Positions 26,962 through 33,341 of a stretch of DNA of 33,341 nucleotides are shown here, in pieces; positions within the stretch are counted from its first letter, which is position 1, and each line of letters opens with the position of its first letter. Location: the NCBI GenBank assembly GCA_041744215.1, contig JBGTLG010000017.1, positions 1 to 33,341 of the forward strand, in the 5' to 3' direction. This DNA is from Fimbriimonadales bacterium (GTDB taxonomy: Bacteria; Armatimonadota; Fimbriimonadia; Fimbriimonadales; ATM1). The position numbers were made by a program, and so were the translations under genes. The notes under the pieces were generated by a model. That model saw only the letters and a list, made by a program, of their open reading frames with translations. It was not told where the DNA came from and made no database searches.

Positions 26962-27079
26962 TCCGGGCAGCGTGCTAGCCTTGCAGGCCGTTGCCAGCCA
27001 ACTACTTTCGCCGCTGAGGGGCTTAACTGCCGTGTTCGGGATGGGAACGGGTGTTTCCCCCTCGCCATGACCACCCGAA
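26962..27079 (-). rRNA. rrf: 5S ribosomal RNA
   Basis: Sense contains CACCCGUUCCCAUCCCGAACACGGCAGUUAAGC; ends pair (UUCGGGUGG/CUGCCCGGA); about 117 nt. Confidence 0.95.
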
Positions 27080-27177
27080 TTGAAATCGGTGAATCGTATA
27101 TATATGTGTCAATGCCTTGTTTTGACAGTTACACGCGTTTTGGAACTCCGCATCAAGTCGAATCCCGACAGTGATGT

Positions 27178-30345
<3,168 letters not shown>

Positions 30346-30390
30346 TCTGTCGAGATTCGACTGATGCGTGGTTCCAAAACGCTATGTAAC

Positions 30391-30402
30391 TGTCAAAGAG
30401 CA
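30391..30402 (-). promoter_or_regulatory. rrn antitermination boxA
   Basis: Minus strand TGCTCTTTGACA, preceded by a boxB-like hairpin at about 30416-30440. Confidence 0.85.
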
Positions 30403-30450
30403 AGGCTGGCGGCTGGTCAGCTCCCCGTCCGGGGGTGACAGCGATTGGAG

Positions 30451-30479
30451 ATAGTACCCCGCGCGCCCCACAAAGTCAA
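30451..30479 (-). promoter_or_regulatory. Sigma70-type promoter of the 23S-5S unit
   Basis: Minus strand TTGACT - 17 nt - TACTAT. Confidence 0.88.
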
Positions 30480-30529
30480 GTGCAAGTGGAAAGAAAGTGC
30501 GGAGTTTTGACCACCATGCTCGTCTTCTC

Positions 30530-31591
30530 CTAGCAGATTTTGGCAATGACCGCATCGGTTGCTTCGGCGGTGCCATGGGTCCCGCCGAGATCCCGAGTTC
30601 GAAGGCCGCCTTCGAGAGCAGATTCGACTGCAGCTTCGACTGCGCTGGCCTCGGACTCCATCCCGAACGAGTATCTGAGCATCATTGCGGCGCTCAAGAT
30701 CGTGGCGATCGGATTGGCCACACCCATCCCCGCGATGTCTGGAGCACTCCCGTGGGCAGGTTCATACATTCCGAAAACTGTGCCGCCCCGGCTATCGGAG
30801 AGTGACGCGCTCGGCAACATTCCCAGCGAACCCGTCACTTGAGCCGCTTCGTCGCTAAGAATGTCCCCGAACATGTTTTCTGTTAGGATGACGTCGAATT
30901 GACCAGGATCTCGGACAAGTTGCATTGCGCAATTGTCAACGAGCATGGATTCCCATTGCACATCGCCAAATGCAGCCGCGACCTCGGTGACCACTTCCCG
31001 CCACAAACGGCTCGTCTCCAAAACGTTTGCCTTGTCGATTGAGTGTAAGCGCTTTCGTCGCTTCCTCGCGATTTCGAATCCCCTTATGGCGATGCGCCGA
31101 ACCTCCGTTTTGGAGTACACGCAGGTATCAACTGCAACCTCGCCCCCCTCCCTTCTCTCGCTCGGCTTGCCGAAGTAGATGCCGCCAGTTAGCTCGCGAA
31201 CGACGATGCAGTCGATCGGACCGCTTGGCCCGAATCGCACCGGGCTCGCATCGATGAGTGCGGGAAAGATTCGTGCCGGCCTCAGGTTCGCATACAGGTT
31301 TAGCTCACGCCGAAGCGGGAGAAGTGCACCAACCTCAGGGCGCATCTCAGGCGGCTCGATTCGGTCCCATTTGGGTCCGCCAACAGCTCCGAGCAGCACC
31401 GCGTCTGCTGATTTGCAGACATTGAGTGTCGTAAGAGGGAGTGGCGCGCCGACGGCATCATATGCTGCTCCCCCGACCAGGCACTCCTCAAACTCAATCC
31501 GATCCGTTACTTTGTTGAGAACCTGGATCGCCGCTGAAGTCACTTCTGGTCCGATGCCATCGCCCGGCAAGACTGCAACTCGAAAAGACAT
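30530..31591 (-). CDS. leuB: 3-isopropylmalate dehydrogenase
   Basis: [61 protein letters not shown]. Confidence 0.97.
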   Translation of the reverse strand: MSFRVAVLPGDGIGPEVTSAAIQVLNKVTDRIEFEECLVGGAAYDAVGAPLPLTTLNVCKSADAVLLGAVGGPKWDRIEPPEMRPEVGALLPLRRELNLYANLRPARIFPALIDASPVRFGPSGPIDCIVVRELTGGIYFGKPSERREGGEVAVDTCVYSKTEVRRIAIRGFEIARKRRKRLHSIDKANVLETSRLWREVVTEVAAAFGDVQWESMLVDNCAMQLVRDPGQFDVILTENMFGDILSDEAAQVTGSLGMLPSASLSDSRGGTVFGMYEPAHGSAPDIAGMGVANPIATILSAAMMLRYSFGMESEASAVEAAVESALEGGLRTRDLGGTHGTAEATDAVIAKIC

Positions 31592-31615
31592 CGTGTGCAA
31601 TTATGCCTGGGTCAC

Positions 31616-33341
31616 TTAGAATTTGCGCCCCCATTGAAACGAAAGAAGGCCCCCATTCCGATCAAGAATGCCAAGCAAGCCTCCGAGTGCTTCGTTTGCG
31701 TCGTTCTTGCTGTACTCATAATTGAGCAGCATCACAGTGTTCCGATCTACGTCGAAAGTGAGACCGGCGCGACCCCAGAACACTTTCGCGAGAACGCCAG
31801 CCGGAACGGTGTACTCCACCCATTCCCCACCAACAGTTAGGATGCACTGTCTTGAGATTTGGTGATAGAACTCGGCGACGCCGCCTTTGTACTCGGTTGG
31901 CCCCAACACGGTCATCGCTGTGACCGGAGTGAACGAGTACGCTTCGATGTTCAACCCGAACCCCTTCGTCGCTGGAATCTTCAAACCGCCGAAGACGCCT
32001 TTGTGATCTACGGGATTCCAGAGATGGCCGACTCGGCCCCAACTACCGGGGGCGCCAAAAAGTGGGCCGATGTTTCGATACCCTCCGTAGATGTCAAGAC
32101 CTTTAAGATTGATGCCTACCTTCGCCCACCAGGCTTCGTCCCGACTGCCGAAGATACGCCGTCGATCGAACTGATACTCGGACTTTGAGAATCCTCCGTC
32201 GATAGTTATCTGTCCGCCCAACCCAAGTTTCGCCTCGCCGCCATAGATAGCGACACGATTGACCGGCAGCGATCCATCGCTTCCGGCATCAATTGCACTG
32301 CCTTCGGAGGGATGTATGAAGATGTATCGAAACGCGTACTCGCCGAGCTCACCCAACTTGAAGTTGATCTCCGCGCCTAGGTGCTGATCGACGAGGATGT
32401 TGCCTGCACCGCCAAAATCTTGTATGCCGACGGTCATCGGCCAGTTGGGTGTCTGAAGACCGAGCCCGCTCGCCGACGGCGTGAACTGACGCCCCCCGAA
32501 CATGTTTAGGGTGAAAAAGCCTGCGTCGATATCGAGAGTTGCGCCATCGAAGTACCAGCGCTCGTTATCCCAACGGTCATTGCGAAAGTAGGGAGTGTTG
32601 TCAATTCGCTTGAAAAAGTACTCCCCGAGCTCATGCGAGATTCTGCCAAACCTTGCACTCGCAGCGCGGCCTAATACTTTAAAGTTTGTTTCCACCGCGA
32701 GGTCTTGAAAGTACACCGACTGACTCGGCTCGGCAAATGGGTGATTTACCAACACCCCCGACTGATTGCCAAAGATTGCAGGCGCAGGGTTATCGCCGTC
32801 TGCGAAACCAACCAAGTTTCCAGCGACGAGAGTGCCGTACCATATGGTCCTCGAGTCCGATGTGCTGCTGAATCGGAAAGCGGCTTCGTGACCGAATGTT
32901 AAATCGCGAGTAATGCCGACGGGTTCACCGCTGTAGTCCCCCCGGCCATAGCCCGTTGGCCGCCGATCAACGGTTAAGCCGAACTGACCGCCAATCGAGT
33001 GACCAGCGAGCATGATGAGGTTGACGTCGCCGTGAATGTCCACGGAAGGCTTTCGCCCTTCGAGGGCCGTCACGCGGCGCTTGAGATCGTCGAGGTCCGA
33101 CTTCATCCCGTCGACATCGCTGCGGATCTCGCGAAGTTCCACTTGGAACTCATTCACGAGGCGCTGCATGTCGTCGATGATTCGCTTCCAGCCCTTGATC
33201 GTTTCGACGTCGGCCTGGAGCCTGGAGAGCGCGTCACGCAAAGCTGCGAGTTCGCTCTTGTCGGCCTTGTTTGCGAGCTGTCCCTCGACGTCGCCGATCT
33301 TTCGATTCAGCGTGTCCACCTGGTTCTGAAGGCCACTGATC
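31616..33341 (-). CDS. OmpM/SlpA-like surface protein: coiled coil plus outer-membrane beta-barrel (5' partial)
   Basis: Frame open to the window edge; heptad coiled coil ending LKRRVTALE; alternating beta strands; C-terminal Phe (FQWGRKF). Any SLH domain would lie outside the window. Confidence 0.7.
   Translation of the reverse strand, partial: ISGLQNQVDTLNRKIGDVEGQLANKADKSELAALRDALSRLQADVETIKGWKRIIDDMQRLVNEFQVELREIRSDVDGMKSDLDDLKRRVTALEGRKPSVDIHGDVNLIMLAGHSIGGQFGLTVDRRPTGYGRGDYSGEPVGITRDLTFGHEAAFRFSSTSDSRTIWYGTLVAGNLVGFADGDNPAPAIFGNQSGVLVNHPFAEPSQSVYFQDLAVETNFKVLGRAASARFGRISHELGEYFFKRIDNTPYFRNDRWDNERWYFDGATLDIDAGFFTLNMFGGRQFTPSASGLGLQTPNWPMTVGIQDFGGAGNILVDQHLGAEINFKLGELGEYAFRYIFIHPSEGSAIDAGSDGSLPVNRVAIYGGEAKLGLGGQITIDGGFSKSEYQFDRRRIFGSRDEAWWAKVGINLKGLDIYGGYRNIGPLFGAPGSWGRVGHLWNPVDHKGVFGGLKIPATKGFGLNIEAYSFTPVTAMTVLGPTEYKGGVAEFYHQISRQCILTVGGEWVEYTVPAGVLAKVFWGRAGLTFDVDRNTVMLLNYEYSKNDANEALGGLLGILDRNGGLLSFQWGRKF

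Overview
GC-rich bacterial chromosome segment. PEP-CTERM, many secreted beta-propeller and lipoprotein genes and an OmpM/SlpA-like coiled-coil-plus-barrel protein are consistent with Armatimonadota (Fimbriimonadaceae-like); this taxonomy is inference. It carries about 27 CDSs: ppx/gppA-ppk1 divergent from a Mesh1-like HD hydrolase, a serpin, folB, ispH, an isolated nuoB-nuoI pair, an M61 peptidase, phhA, leuB and several hypothetical exported proteins. A stand-alone 23S-5S rRNA unit on the minus strand has its own sigma70 promoter, boxA, processing stem and terminator, and no 16S gene. The most notable signals are: (1) a 265-nt ORF-less group I intron in the 23S gene at E. coli position 1931; (2) an A-loop with A at the normally invariant U2552; (3) a structured intergenic RNA candidate (21174-21294) with an exact 18-nt complement to this 23S rRNA; (4) a structured intergenic block with twin 59-bp hairpins sharing termini, and a 43-bp perfect direct repeat bracketing a tandem YbjN-like gene; (5) a pervasive leaderless-promoter signature. 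No transposase, integrase, CRISPR array or tRNA was seen.
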